DNA of 64,000 nt. It comes from Carcharhinus amblyrhynchos. Lineage: Eukaryota. A model generated the notes under the pieces. The model saw only the letters and a program-made list of their open reading frames with translations. It had not been told where the DNA came from and made no database searches. The stretch covers positions 107,570,001-107,634,000 of the forward strand of contig OZ336873.1 in NCBI GenBank assembly GCA_965287045.1, in the 5' to 3' direction. Positions 24,293-37,708 of this stretch are shown piece by piece; the stretch's first letter is position 1, and every line of letters starts with the position of its first letter. A program made the translations under genes and the position numbers.

Positions 24293-26689
24293 CAGATTTC
24301 TTGCACACTTCTCCATTGCCAGACCTCCATTACTTTTGCATTCAAAATTAAGCAGTATTTTTGTTTATCAGCTTACACACCTATTTGAAGATACTTCTGA
24401 AAAAGTGGTAGATTAGAGGCTATAATTTGAGATGATTTAGTACAAAGGGGAACTGACTTTCTTTAGTATATTTAGCTTCGAGAATGGTTGTCATGAGAAT
24501 TGTTGGACTATTCTCCAAGTTAAAAGAAAGAGAGATCCCTAAGTCATGAAGAAGTGAAGGTCTGAAAGAGACAATATCATCTCCAAGTAAATGTACATGA
24601 TTTATATTTAGTGTGCTGGCTTTGCTAACCAAGAGACAAAGCTTCTCCTGGACATTTTGCTTCTTGAAGTTGATGAGTAAAATGTCAAGCAAAAAATGAA
24701 GAGGAAAGCTATTCCCTCAGGCTTAGACTGGAGGCAGTTATACTTGTACAAGCAAAATATGTTATTTCTTTCTCATCAATCTCAGCCTTTCCCTGTAACC
24801 TGTCTTCTTCAGAAAACATAACTTGGGTGTTCCCTAATAGCTTTAATGTTTAAATATCTGAAACACCTTAATTATTTATTAAATAGGTAATAATTTAAAA
24901 ATGCCACTAAGAAGGTGAACACAGATCTTTTGTGTTTGCTCAGAAAAAAGCAGTTTCTCTTAGTAAAATAGTTTTCTTGATTCAGAAAAGTATTTGATAG
25001 TCTGACATTGGACACTGCTCAATCTAGCCTTAAGTTTAGTAAATGTCTAAAATTGGCATTTGTGTTCTTACTGAATGCTATTGTTGTGTTTTTATCCATC
25101 AAAAACAAAATCCTTCTCCTTCATAAGAAATATTTGAGATGTAACCTTTGCAGCCCACAGCATACCAGCATTTTGGATTTCTGCATGCAGGCATGACTTA
25201 TGTGAATTCTCGGAGGTAGTCCTGTTAGCGACATAAAAAGCAGCATGATTGGCAGCCGACTGCTATTCAGGAGCAATGGAGGTAAATTTAACTTTGCGTA
25301 ATAAGGTCTTGTGAAATGAGCAAAAGCAAGTCGAAAGACTATAAATTTAACATGGGCTGTCAACACAGCATCATGTGTTGCACTGTCAAAGCAACATTAC
25401 CCAAACCCTACATCTCCATCACTACTGGAAAATGCGAACAGCAGCCATGTATTTTGCCAGTGCTGAGCATTCACAGACAAAGATATGGTATCTTATTTTG
25501 TTCAGGAAATATTCCTCCACATCGCTTGATCTTCTCCTTTAAGAGGAAACATTAACCGTGACTTTGAGTTATTGAAACAATCTTTCACCAGCACTAACAA
25601 ACTTTGGCTGGGATTTTCCAGCCCTGCTCACCACAGGACCAAAAATTCCTGCCCTCAGTCAATGGATCTTTGACTGGTCTGTCAAATCCCAGCCTTGAAA
25701 TATACTGCACTGAGCACAATGACAGAAAGCATGGAAGGCTGCTGCTGGCATTATGAGTTAGATTCTCATTACCATGCTATTTGTGTTTGATTCATCATCA
25801 CAGTATGCAAGCTGAAAAACATGTACAAAACCATCTGGATTTAGACCACAGTTAGTTTCCCTAGACATGCCAGCACGGCAAGAGCTTCTTGTTTCTCCCT
25901 TTTTGTTAGTAAAGCAAATCTTGACATATCAGGGCAGTGTGAAGATTATTCACATGATTCAGAGTGCCGATGTCAAAAAGCACGTTATCAGCCTGCCTCC
26001 TTCTGTATGACCAACAGACCCATCTGGAACTTGCCTTTGAGGTACTTATTCTATGGGGGTTGATCTATTTATTGATTGATTTTTGAGGGATATGATTGTG
26101 TCTAGTGTTGGATCCACCCATTCGTTTGAAAAGACTGAGAGGATTGCACTGATATGAGTTGTGAAATTATTTTCTTTTATTGAACTGAACTGAAAAAGCA
26201 ATTAACATGACAGAAGCAAAAACAAAGTGAATTTGGAGGCTGGCTTCTAAGCAAGCCAGTCTCTGTACTGCTCTTGAACTTGAACACATGGAAGTGAACT
26301 TGAAATAACTGATCACACACACACACTGAAACCAAAAACATATTTCAGCCCTTACCTCGCCACTGCAAGTGTTTTTTTGCAAGCTGTGTTCAATTTAGAA
26401 AAACAATCCTTGCAGCTGTTGTATGCTGTTGTTTGCCTGCATTGTGTACCCTTCAGGAATCCAGTCAATGTTTAGCTAACCTAGCATGTCTTCTGATTCT
26501 ACAAGTAGTCAAGCCAGCTACAATTGTAAAGCTTAGCAGAGTTAGTTAACCTCTACAGTCGAGCATTTAAATATACTTGTTCACAGGCAGAAATATCTTA
26601 ATTGCATAGGCAGAAATATGTTAAAATGAAGTCTTTGGATAGATTGAAGCAAACAGGGCTGTGCATGCAAAGGATCCCACATCTGGTAA

Positions 26690-28190
26690 GCCTAGCATTT
26701 ATTACTCACCCTTAGTTGTCCTTGAGAAGGTAATGCTGGGTTGCTTTCTTGAATTGTTTCAATGTGTGTAGCGATTATGTTTCCACAATGTTTTGGGGTA
26801 AAAAGTTTGAGTTTATGACCCAGCGACATTGAAGAAATGGTAATATATGTCCAAGTTAAGATGACATGTGGTTTGAAGGGGACCTTATATCCCTGTGTTT
26901 TACATAGTGCAACATGTCCAATGTTATTTTACATCAGCAAATTATCATATTTCATTGCCTGGTACATATATTGTAGATTCATGCCACATAAGTGCCAAGC
27001 AATGACCATCTCCAACAAAAGAGAATCTAATCACAACCCCGTGACATTCAATGCCATTACCATTTCTGTTCCTCACGATCAACACCCTGGGAGTTACCAT
27101 TAATCAGATACTGAAATGGACTAGCCATATAAATGCAATGGGTACAAAAGCAGTTCAGATACTAGGAATCCGATGGTAAGTAACTCATCTTGTGAGTCTC
27201 CGAAACCTGCCTACAATTTACAAGGCACAAATCAGGAGAGAAGCCCTTGAGATGTAGGTATACCCACAGTGCTGTTAGAGAGGGAGTTCCTGAAATTTGA
27301 CTCAGGAACAGTGAAGGAAAGGCCATATATTTCCAAGTCAGGATGGTGAGTGATTTCAAGGGGAACTTCCAGGTGATGGTGTTCCCAGCAACTGCTGCAC
27401 TTTTCCTTCTAGATGGCAGTTGTTGTGGGTTCAGAAGGTGCTACTGAAGGAACCTTGGTGAGATCCTGCAGTGCATCTTGCAAATGGTACACCCAGCTGC
27501 TACTGTTTGTCGGTGGTGGAGGAATTGAATATTTATGTAAGGGATATCAATCAAGAAAGCTGCTTTGCCCTGGATGGTGTCTATCTTCTTGAAGGTTGTT
27601 GGAGCTGCACCCATTCAGGCAAGTGGAGACTATTCCATCACACTCCTGACTTGTGCCTTTAGATGGTGGACAGACCATCATGGGGAATTTCATGATGGTA
27701 ATACCACTGAATGTCAAGTGTTGATGGTTAGATCCACCTTGTTGGTTACTCTTTTTAAACTCACCAACATTGCACTAGATTTGTTCAGCAAACCTCGATT
27801 TTTTTCTGAAATTCAGTTATTGTTTTGCTAAACCTTACCTTTCCAAAATTTGTTCTTCAACCCTTGAGGAGGAAAAATATGCAAATATGGCCACAGGAAA
27901 GAAAAAGTTAGAAAAGCCTGATCTAGAAGGCTAAGGGCAGCGGACATATGGGAACATTTACCACTTGGAAGATTCACCCCCAAGCCACTCAGCATCCCAA
28001 CAAGGAAATATGTCACCATTTCTTCACTGGATCAAAATCTTGAAACTCCCTCCCTAATAATAGCACTGTGGGTGTGTGGACTGCAGAGATTCAAGGAGAC
28101 AGCTTACTACCACCTTCTCAAGGACAATTGGGGATTAGCAATAAATGCTGGCCAGTGATGCTCCACGTCCCATGAATGAATAAAGGAAAA
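26690..28190. mobile_element. Cluster of fragments of the non-HER1 LINE family in alternating orientation
   Basis: Minus-strand tail at 26690-26890, plus 26950-27245 (MPHKCQAMTISNKRES), minus 27245-27730, and plus 27900-28190 ending ...cccatgaatgaataaa. Confidence 0.75.
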
Positions 28191-31100
28191 GATTTTCCAA
28201 GTAGTTAGTACCCTTGACATTCCAATAAAATAGAAAAGGAATGCACTGAATGGCCAATGCATAAACATGTTGCCATGGAAATAGTAAAAAGTGAAAAAAT
28301 AAACTTTCAGTGGTATAGAACTCTAATTAGAAACAAGTTGATATCTTGACAAAACCAAGATTTATTGCTCTTGACAGCATCTCACTTTTTTGCCGCATAT
28401 GCTGTCTTTAATCATGTCTTTTCCTGAATAAAAGTAAATCCCTTCTACAAAATCCTGGAGACCCCTGTTGTGCGTAAATGAGATGGGTTTATCAGTTTTG
28501 CTTCTATGCTCTTTGATTTTTGACGTAATGAGCAAAATCAAAAGTCAGATGTATTTAAGAAGGAATACAAGCAGAAACATTTACTGTTGCAATATAAATC
28601 CCTTCAAAAGCAGACATGGTACAAATTATGCTTGCTTAAAATCCAATTAGTCCTGTGTATTTTTTATCAAAAAAAGTGGCCCTGCGGCAAAATCTTTTTT
28701 TTTAATTGTTATTGCAAATTCAAGATCTTTGCCAGTTGTCAAAGCCCAACTATATCTATAGCTTCAGTTCCAACTGCATCTAATTTTCTCCCAGATAAGA
28801 TGATCATATATGTCAGAGCAAGGTGAAGTTCCAATATAGTTTAATTTATGGTTAACATTTAACACCTTTTTCAGGTAAAAAAAAATTCAACTTCTGCCCA
28901 AAACCAATGTGAAGTTAACCATTTACTTTCTTCTTAGGTTGAAGTACATTCAGCCCAGCACTCTTAAAGCATCCCTCGCTATCTCACCCTCCTCCAATCA
29001 CAAGCAGTACCCTTATATGGTTCTTATTCTGCCTTTGCCAGGACACTCCTTGCAAGTATTCCTTTCACTTCCTCATTCTTGTGGCATCCTTTGTGACTCA
29101 TCCACACTAAACCAGCTCAACAGGTACATCTTCACAACAGTTCAGCGGGGCCACCACTTGACATCCTTTCAGATAGGATATCATACGATCAGAGGGAACA
29201 GATATATTCAGAAGGAGGTCACCAACATTGCAAGTGTTCTTCACAGCGGAAAACAGCATTGATATAATGAGCAAAGACCAGGTCAGACATCTCATAATTG
29301 TTTAGGCTGGAAAGGACAGTTTGCAGAGTGCTTGAACTCCTTAATTTCCTATTCCCCTTTCAATGAACTATTTCTCTCGCATTACTGAATATTGCATTCA
29401 ATTGCCATCGATCTCTCTCCGCTTATCCTAGTCATTCTCTTCTTTTCTCTTTCTATGTCCATTTAAAGTTATCAGCCCAGCTGGAGTAAAGGAAGAAATA
29501 CACATCCTCATGAAGAAACATCGTCACTCATCCTTAACCTTAGAAGCCATACCCAAATAATCACACAACAATCAGTTTAGAATTTTAGTTTGAGGGGTTT
29601 ACACTGGGAGATAGGACAGCCCAGCAAACAACTGGAGGACAAGTTCACAACCCAGCCCTGCTGCACAGGTGAAAGGAGAATACTGCCAAGACTTTGCCTA
29701 CAAAAGAGGAATAATGGCTGTGCACTATCCAAAGGTTTGATTCATTGAACCGCTTCCCAGGGAGCTGGTCCAGAAGCTGAACAGTAATCCCAATGTTTAT
29801 AGAGGTATTTTGTGCTGAAAGCTCCAGGCAGAGATCATCCTGTAACTCTTAAAATAAAAACCTTGCAATTATTTGTGCAGTCTATTATATTTGCAATGCA
29901 GCCAGAAATAGACAAGAAAGCCCATAGCATTTTAAAGTATCTAACCAGGTACTTACCTAAATGCAGCTGAGGATTTTTTAAAATAAAAATTGCATGACCT
30001 CCATTGTAACTGCTTCCCCGAGGATTTCTGGCAAATTCAACCGTGAGGAAGTTGATTTCTAGTCGAAGAGTCCTGAAACATATGCCCGCACTTATGTGTA
30101 TGCATTTGGCCCCTGGACAACTAACATGCACTTGACTCAATGTGATATCGAGTGCACATCTGGAACACCGAAGGCACAAGAGATCCCTACATGAAATTTG
30201 GAGTACTAGCGTTTAAGTTAGGGGTGCAAAATTGGCAGCTATGAGCTGAAATTATGCTCCCTTGATGTCTAGCTTTTGGAAGTTTATATTTTGCAGTTAA
30301 TTTCCCTGGAATCGATTCTAATGCAAACTTACATGGCAACTTTTAATAATTCACTACTGGATGGTTTCTGAAAGCTTTTACACTCGGGGAAAAAAATAGT
30401 GTGAAAAACCTAATCCCTCCATCAACTTTCGGACAGATGCGCCTCTCATGTTTTCTCTAATTGCCAACTCTATATTAGAATAGGATGTTCTAATTCTGTG
30501 GATGAACAGCTGAATGAGCCAATTCTATTCAAGGCAGCACAAGGCCATGGTTTGTGAACCATTTGTAGTTCAGGCAATTTAAAAGAATGTACTTCAGTTA
30601 CAATGTGGCTGAGTTTTCTATTGTTCCAGTCTCTAATTTCTGATGGATCTGATTTCCCTGATGGCTTAGGGTCTATGTTTCCGTAGTGTTTGGAATCCTG
30701 TGGAGGTCTGATATGCCTGATGGTCCACTGTATCTGTAATGTCTGACTGCCTCGCTTGTGCACCAACATTTATCACAATAGGTTTACTTAGGTAAACCAA
30801 TTTTTCCTGCCCTCTGAAAGTGAGGTGAAGTTTTCGAAATGTTAATCCGCATTGACCCCCTTTTGTGGATCAGTGTTCCAGCAGCCCCCAAGGACCAGTT
30901 TTCAGTTCTGCTTGTCTGCTCACCTCACTGTTGGCTCGCATTAAAGGATGCCAAGGACGTCAAGGAAAATAAGGTGAGCAATTTCAAATGCAACAATAAT
31001 AAAGCCACTTTTAAAGCGCAACTTCACAGTTTCTGTCAAATTATCCCATCTTATATTTTCAACTGAGAACAACTGAAACCTTTGCCTTCAATATTAAGAT

Positions 31101-31568
31101 TTATCAGAATTTATATATTAAAGCAGCATTATACCATTTGCAGAGATGATTTCAATTATAATAGCAGCAAAAAACCCATTATACATTACAAATGCCTACT
31201 CTGCAATTAAAAGATGGCCAAAGATGCATAGGTTATATGACTTTAAGCAACATGAAGCATTTTAGTGTTGGTATGGAGATGTATTGATATCAAATATTAA
31301 ATTTCAATTTCATCTGCTGAACTCACATCTGGAACTTTTCAAGAAAATGCAGCTCTAACTGTTGAAACAAAGACACTGATGGCTTCCAGATACATCTTCC
31401 AGATAGTCACTTGACATGTCTGTAACTGAAAATTGGTCAAGTTTCTGGAAGTTTCCAATGCGCATTACCAATAGGACCTGCCCAGACATCTTGTGGAATT
31501 TCACACCTTCCAATGTTGAGGGTGACTTCAAAAATAGACTGAAATCTAAAATGGCTGCCACCATTAGG

Positions 31569-31715
31569 TCAGCATGGTGGCACAGTGGTTAGCACTGCTG
31601 TCTCATAGCACCAGGGACCTGGGTTCAATCCTGCCCTTGGGTCACTGTCTTGTGCAGTTTGCATGTTCTCCCTGTGTCGATGTGGATTTCTTCCAGGTGC
31701 TTCAGTTCCCTCCCA
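31569..31715 (+). mobile_element. HE1-type SINE, 5' part
   Basis: cagcatggtggcacagtggttagcactgctgtctca...gggttcaatcc. Confidence 0.85.
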
Positions 31716-32702
31716 ATTCTCTTGGTGCCATTCTCTGCCTCCCCAGCCCTGCACATTCACATAGCAATTGAATTTCCTTTTGAATGTTTCCATGGTACAA
31801 AAGGGATCTGAGGTGAACTGGAAAAATGGATACAAAACTGACTTGGGCATAGAAAGCAGACTAGTGGTGGAAAGACACTTTTCTAACTGGAGGTCTGTGA
31901 CAAGCGGTGTTGCACAAGGATCAGTGCTAGGGCCTCTGTTGCTGGTAATATATATAAATGATGTGGAGAAAAATGTGGATTGTCTGATTAGTAAATTTTC
32001 AGATAATACAAAAATTAGGGGAGTAAAGCATAGTGAAGAGGATTGTCGGAAGGTACAGCAGGATACAAATTGGCTGGAGACATGGGCCGAAAGATGGCAG
32101 ATGGAACTTAACCCGAACAAATGTGAGGTGATGTGATTTGGAAGGTCTGCTGCAGAAGGAAAGTATACAGTAAATAGTGGACCGCTTAGAAATACTAGCA
32201 TGCAGAGGGATCTAGATGTGCAGATCCACAGTTCCCTGAAGGTGGCAACTCAGGCGGACAAAGTGGTCATGAAGGCATATGGCACGCTGGCCTTCATCGG
32301 TCAGGCATTGTGTATCAGAATTGGAAAAGTATGCTGCAGCTGTATAAGACTTTGGCTAGGCTGCTTTTAGATTATTGTGTACAATTCTGGTCACCTCGTT
32401 AATGGAAGGATGTTGATGCATTGGAAAGGGTGCAAAAGAGATTCACTAGAATGTTGCCTGGTTTGGAGGGTACAGACTATGAAGAAACGTTGAACAAACT
32501 TGAATTGTTTACACTGGAGCATCAGAGGTTGAGAGGGGACGTAATAGAGATTTACAAGATTATTGCAAACTTGGGTAGAGTGGATAGTCAGAGTCTATCT
32601 CAGGGTTGAAGGGTCAATTACTTGAAGGCATAAGTTGAGAATGAAAGAGAGAAAGTTTACAAGAGATGTAAGGGGCAAGTTTTTCACAGAGTGGGTTTTA
32701 AA

Positions 32703-33000
32703 GCTTTGAAGTTTATTTATTAGTCACAAGTAGCCTAACACTAACACTGCAATGAAGTTACTATAAAAATCTCCCAGTCATCACTCTCCAGCACCTGTCT
32801 GTGTAGACTGAGGGAGAATTTAGCACGGCAATGCATCTAATCAGCACATCTTTTGGACTGTGGGAGGAAACTGGAACGCCCAGAGGAAATCCACGCAGGC
32901 AAGGGGAGAACATATAGATTTCACACAGACAGTGATCTAAGCCAGGAATCGAACCCTGGCACTGTGAGGCAGCAGTGCTAACCACTGTGGCATCGTGCCA
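32703..33000 (-). mobile_element. HE1-type SINE, tail variant B, nested in CR1
   Basis: Same structure as 6284-6597 and 63015-63303. Confidence 0.85.
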
Positions 33001-33169
33001 TAGGGGTAAATGCCTGGTGGTGAACACCTGGAACACGCTGCCGAAGGAGGTGGTGGAAGCAGATTCTCAAGCACCATTCAAGAGGCATCTAAATAGATGC
33101 ATGAATAGGCAGGGGATAAAGGGATATGGATCATATATAGAGGCATGTAGAGGCAAGAAAATATTAGAT

Positions 33170-33297
33170 AAAAGCAGATTACTACAGATGCTGAAACTAA
33201 AAGAGAAAGTGCTGGTAAATCTCAGCAGGCCTGGCAGCCTCTGTAAGGAGAGAAAAGAACTGACATTTCAAGCCCAGATGACCCTTTGTCAAGGTAG
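33170..33297 (-). mobile_element. Short Penelope-like terminal-repeat fragment nested in the CR1 tail
   Basis: Matches the arm of the 50627-50845 hairpin element. Flanked by an exact 13-bp direct repeat gaaaatattagat (33157-33169 and 33298-33310). Confidence 0.7.
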
Positions 33298-33400
33298 GAA
33301 AATATTAGATTGGAGAGACATCTGAGTCAGCACAGACTTGGTGAGCTGAAGGGCCTGTTCCTGTGCTGGATTATTCTTTATTTTTGTTCTGTTTGAAAAA

Positions 33401-33600
33401 CTCACCCTTCCAGATGAGGGAAATTGCTTTCAAAGCATCCTTGGAGTTCATGAAGAAAAGATGCTTCATGCCTCTAAATCACTTCAGGATTTGCTGGCAT
33501 AATGTGGATTCCATGGATAAGACTGCCAATGACTGCTGTATTGTTATGTAGAAAATTAATTAGCATCACTGACTGCAGATGTCACAGTTTAAAACATATT
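33401..33600 (+). repeat. Copy 1 of a ~200-bp local duplication; candidate small ORF or terminal exon ending CCIVM*
   Basis: Aligns with 41261-41460. AG at 33412-33413 is followed by an open frame 33414-33551. The confidence value applies to the duplication; coding status is unproven. Confidence 0.85.
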
Positions 33601-33744
33601 TTCTTTGAAAGGTAAAGGACTTAATTTAATACAACAGTGTGGCTATCAAGGTGTCACCTATTAGTGAATAAAATGGCAGTGGTATTATCATTCTATTGTT
33701 TTATGAACTGCAGTGAAATCTCCAGATCCAGTTCATCAAATAAC

Positions 33745-33880
33745 AATAGTTTGCATTGATGTAGAGCCTTTAAAGTAGTAAAATGTCCTAAAGAACTTTA
33801 TAGCACTGTTATCAAACAAGATTTGTCATAACGCCACATAAGAGGGCAAGTGATATTAGGATAGGCAAATTAAGGATCTG
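33745..33880 (-). mobile_element. L2-type 3' end
   Basis: The reverse complement resembles the tails at 20050-20346. Confidence 0.6.
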
Positions 33881-34614
33881 TCAAATTCAGATGTCCAGTG
33901 TCCGTATTTTTGGTGCTATTGGCACTGTCCTAAGTCCAAAGTGGCCTAAACATTGTGTACGCACATTCCTGGTGCAGGCCACATTGGGTGCCATTTTGAT
34001 GTGGTTATCAACATGGGTACTGGGAGCAACTTTCAGAAATGAGGCCAGTCAGTGTGCAATGCTGGTTTGATGTCGATGCTAACCATTTTTGTTCTCAACA
34101 TTCCAGTTCTCTCTTAATCTTAAACAACTTGTGTTCAGCATCTGGAAGGATCGCTCACCGGTGCTATGTAATGGGATCATCAACTACCTTCAGACTAGTT
34201 GTTGTTTGTCTGTTGGAGTCAGTAGACATGTTAAGTGATTTGTATAACTACTTAAGTCTACAGGGCGTGCAGTGGCATGCGATGAAGGCCTTGGTTCTCT
34301 CTGCAAGTATTCTACTCAAACCATTTGCACCCATTGGGTGCTGCATATTCTATTTTTCTTGTTCAGCAATATGACAGAGGTAACAAAGAAGAGGTTAAAT
34401 TGCCTCAAAGAAGGAAAAGGTGAGCTTTAAGCAGGAGGCCTGAGTCATCAGGATCTTAGAGGGCGCATTTCTTATATCTCAAGGAGGTAAAGTGTTTGTG
34501 ACATTTCAGTTTCTGAGGCAATTCTCACTGAAATCCACCACCTCTTACATTTAGACTTGCAGCCTAAAAGCAGACTGGGAATTAAATTGCTAATGGTCGT
34601 GCTAGTGACTATGG

Positions 34615-34882
34615 TAAGAAGTCTCACAACACCAGGTTAAAGTCTAACACATTTATCTGGCAGCACAAGTTTTCGGAGCCTCAGCTCCTTCTTCAGGTGA
34701 GTGAGGAGTTGTGTTCATAAACAGGGCATATACAGACACAAACTCAATTTACAAGATAATGGTTGGGATGTAAGTCTTTACAGTTAATCAGTCTTAAAGG
34801 TACAGACAATATGAGTGCAGAGAGGATCAGGCACAGGTTAAAGAGGTGTGCAATTGTTTCCAGCCAGGACAGTTAGTGAGAG
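34615..34882 (-). mobile_element. Penelope-like pseudo-LTR (pLTR) fragment, family 1
   Basis: Homologous to 43966-44225 and 61480-61800. Flanked by tagtgac[t/c]atgg (34603-34614 and 34883-34894). Confidence 0.85.
34663..34701 (-). ncRNA. Minimal hammerhead ribozyme motif
   Basis: RNA: cucac CUGAAGA a GGAGC ugag GCUCC GAAA acuu gugc. The core is intact and stem II is perfect. Confidence 0.7.
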
Positions 34883-35504
34883 TAGTGACCATGGCCATAA
34901 GTTTCATCAGATTGGTCTCTTTCCAGGCTGGAGGAGGGGACATCTCTAAAATCTCACAATTCATCATCTGCTGCTTTTTGAGGTAAATGATTAACGTTCC
35001 AAGTGCAAAGAGAGGGAAGGTGATGTCCTCTCAGAGAAGAGGGCTGAGTATGCATATGGTTTTGTCAGTTAACCTGGATTGCCATGGTGCAAGGTGTCAT
35101 TGACTGCACACACATTTCTCTGCAGCTTTCACATCTAAATGCAGAAATATATCACAAGTTCCAAAGGATTTCAATTCAGAATGCCATGCAGACGAGCGCT
35201 GGTTTTCTGGATGTAGTCATGAAACATTCATTCTATGCCAGTATTTCATATCATCAATATTTGAGCTACCATGAGGCACCTGAGGACGGTGGCTAGAAAA
35301 TAAGGGCTATTCACTGAGTCCCAACTATTGACTTCAAATCATAACCTATATGCACAATGCCCACTTGTGCATAATGAACGCCATGCTGCACATTGAATCA
35401 TAGAAATCCTATAATGCAGAAGGCCATTCGGCCCATTGAGTATGCACTGACACTTATCCAGACTTACCACATGACACTATGTGTATAGCCTTCTAATCCC
35501 CTTA

Positions 35505-36753
35505 ACAAATTTGATTGAATTTTTTGAAGGGGTAACCAAGAAGGTAGATGAGGGCATGCAGTTGATGTTATCTACATGGACTTTAGCAAGGCCTTTGACA
35601 AGATACCGTATGGCAGGTTGTTGCATAAGGTTAAATCTCACGGGATCCAGGGTGAGGTAGCTAAATGGATATAAAATTGGCTTCATGGCAGAAGCCAGAG
35701 GATGGTTATAGATGTTGTTTTTCAAACTGGAGGCCTGTGACCAGTGGTGTATCTCAGGGATCAGTGCTGGGCCCACTGTGATTTATCATTTATATTAATG
35801 ATTTGGTTGAGAATGTAGGAGGCATGGTTTGTAAGTTTGCAGGTGACACCAAGATTGGTGGCATAGTGGACATTGAAGGAAGTTATCCGATTGCAATGGG
35901 ATCTTGATCAATTGGGTCAGTGGGCTGACAAATGGCAGATGGAGTTTAATTTAGATGAATGTGAGGTGATGTACTTTGGTAGATTGAACCGGGAGAAGGA
36001 CTTACTCAGTTAATGGTAGGGCATTGGGAGAGTTATAGAACAAAGAGATCGAGGGTTCATGTTCATATCTCTTTGGAAGTGGTGTCACTGGTGGACAGAA
36101 TGGTGAAGAAAGCATTCAGCATGCTTGGTTTCATTGGTCACAGCACTGAATACAGGAGTTGGGACATCTTGTTGAAGTTGTACAAGAGATTGTAAGGCCA
36201 CACTTGGAATATTGTGTACAGTTTGGTCACCCTATTATAGAAAGTATATTATTAAATTAGAAAGAGTGCAGAAAAGATTTACTAGGATGCTATTGGGACC
36301 TGATTGTTTGAGTTACAAGAAGAGGCTAGATAGACTGGGACTTTTATCTCTGGAGCCTAGAAGGCTGACATGTGATCTTATAGAGGTCTATAAAATAATG
36401 AAGGGCATAGATCAGCTAGGTAGTCAACATCTTTTCCGAAAGGTAGGGAAGTCTAAAACTAGAGGGCATAGATTTAAGGTGAGAGGGAAGAGATTAAAAA
36501 GCGTCCAGAAGAGTAATTTTTTTCACACAGAGGGTGGTGAGTGTCTGGAACAAGCTGCCAGAGGTAGTAGTGGAGGCAGATACAATTTTGTCTTTTAAAA
36601 AGTATTTAGACAGTTACATGGGTAAGGTGGATATAGAAGGATATGGACCAAATGTGAGCAATTGGGACTAGCTTTGGGGTTTAAAAAAAAGGGGGGCATG
36701 GACAAGTTGTGCTGAAGGTCCTGTTTTCATGCTGTAAACCTCTATGACTCTAT
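35505..36753 (+). mobile_element. CR1 LINE, RT to 3' UTR (second subfamily), decayed
   Basis: gatgttatctacatggactttagcaaggcctttgacaag (DVIYMDFSKAFDK), QGSVLGP, WSPYYRK...; tail ctctatgactctat. Confidence 0.93.
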
Positions 36754-36754
36754 A

Positions 36755-36957
36755 ACCTTTATATCTTGGGACGCTGAGGGGCAATTTAACTTAACCAATC
36801 AACCTAACTTACATATCCTTGGGCTGTGAGAGGAAACCAGAACAACTGCAGGAAACATGCAGACACAGGGAGAACATGCAAACTCCACACACACAAGGTT
36901 GGGATTGAACTCGGGTCCCTGGCGCTGGAAGGCAACAGAGCTAACCACTGTGCCATC
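36755..36957 (-). mobile_element. HE1-type SINE (partial)
   Basis: Reverse-strand head gatggcacagtggttagc plus V-domain. Confidence 0.85.
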
Positions 36958-37009
36958 CATATGGAATGCTTTCATTGTGGTTCTCAGCGACATTTCCATT
37001 CCCTGTAAT

Positions 37010-37185
37010 CAAAGCAAAATTCTGTGGATGTTGAAAATCGAAAATTAAAAAAAAAGAAAATTGATAAACTCAGCATGTCTGGCAGTATCTGTGGAGAAGG
37101 ACTTGAAATGTTAACTCAGTTTCTCTCTTTCTGCAGATGCTGCCAGACCTGCTGAGTTCATCCAGCACTTTGTTTTTATTTCCAC
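37010..37185. mobile_element. Short fold-back element (Penelope-like terminal repeat in inverted arrangement)
   Basis: ctcagcatgtctggcagtatctg pairs with cagatgctgccagacctgctgag. Confidence 0.7.
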
Positions 37186-37708
37186 ATTTTGGATGGCTCT
37201 GGAGGAGCTATGCAGTAATCTCTAGAGCACACGTATCCTTGTCTGCAGCATACAGAAAAGTCTTGTCATTTTGAGGGCACAACACTTGATATGTGGTGAG
37301 CAGCTGCAGAGGAGAGGAGGGAGGAGATTGCTAACTCATCTTCTTTCCGGTCGAGCTGTTTGGGATCCAACTGCATTCCCCATTAAACAACACTCCCAAT
37401 GTTACATCCACTTGTTACTAACCATCACAGTGTTCTATTGGTTGCAATGACAAAATAAAAGCCACCCAAAGCAAACATTTCAAACTAACTTTATCAAACA
37501 AACCATTCAATTTTTCATCCTAGGGTCAAGTAATCAAAGTAGATGGAGGAGCAGACTGAAAATTTATTGGTTGAAAGTACAAAATGTGTAATATATGTCT
37601 CTGTAAATAAAAGCTTTTAAGTGAATAAATGATGTAGGTGTAATAATTAGGCTAATAAACAAACAACAATAGATTTAAGAACACTAACACGATACAACTT
37701 CAGAATGA

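Larger units (their letters stand above)
31795..33392 (+). mobile_element. CR1 LINE (RT to 3' UTR) carrying nested insertions
   Basis: Translates WRSVTSGVAQGSVLGPLLLVIYIND...ISKFSDNTKI and ERVQKRFTRMLPGL; ends in a gaagggcctgttcctgtgctg tail. Confidence 0.92.
34350..35395 (+). pseudogene. Decayed PIF/Harbinger transposase, interrupted by a Penelope fragment and then a CR1
   Basis: Contains the VQGVIDCTHI first catalytic-Asp motif (35087-35116) and a KGY-like motif near 35300. It probably resumes near 37190. Confidence 0.8.

Noticed and set aside
28909-29262. 117-aa ORF with a PSTLKASLAI segment faintly like DIRS recombinase N-termini
   Set aside because: A single short motif with no catalytic RHRY residues or other DIRS features.
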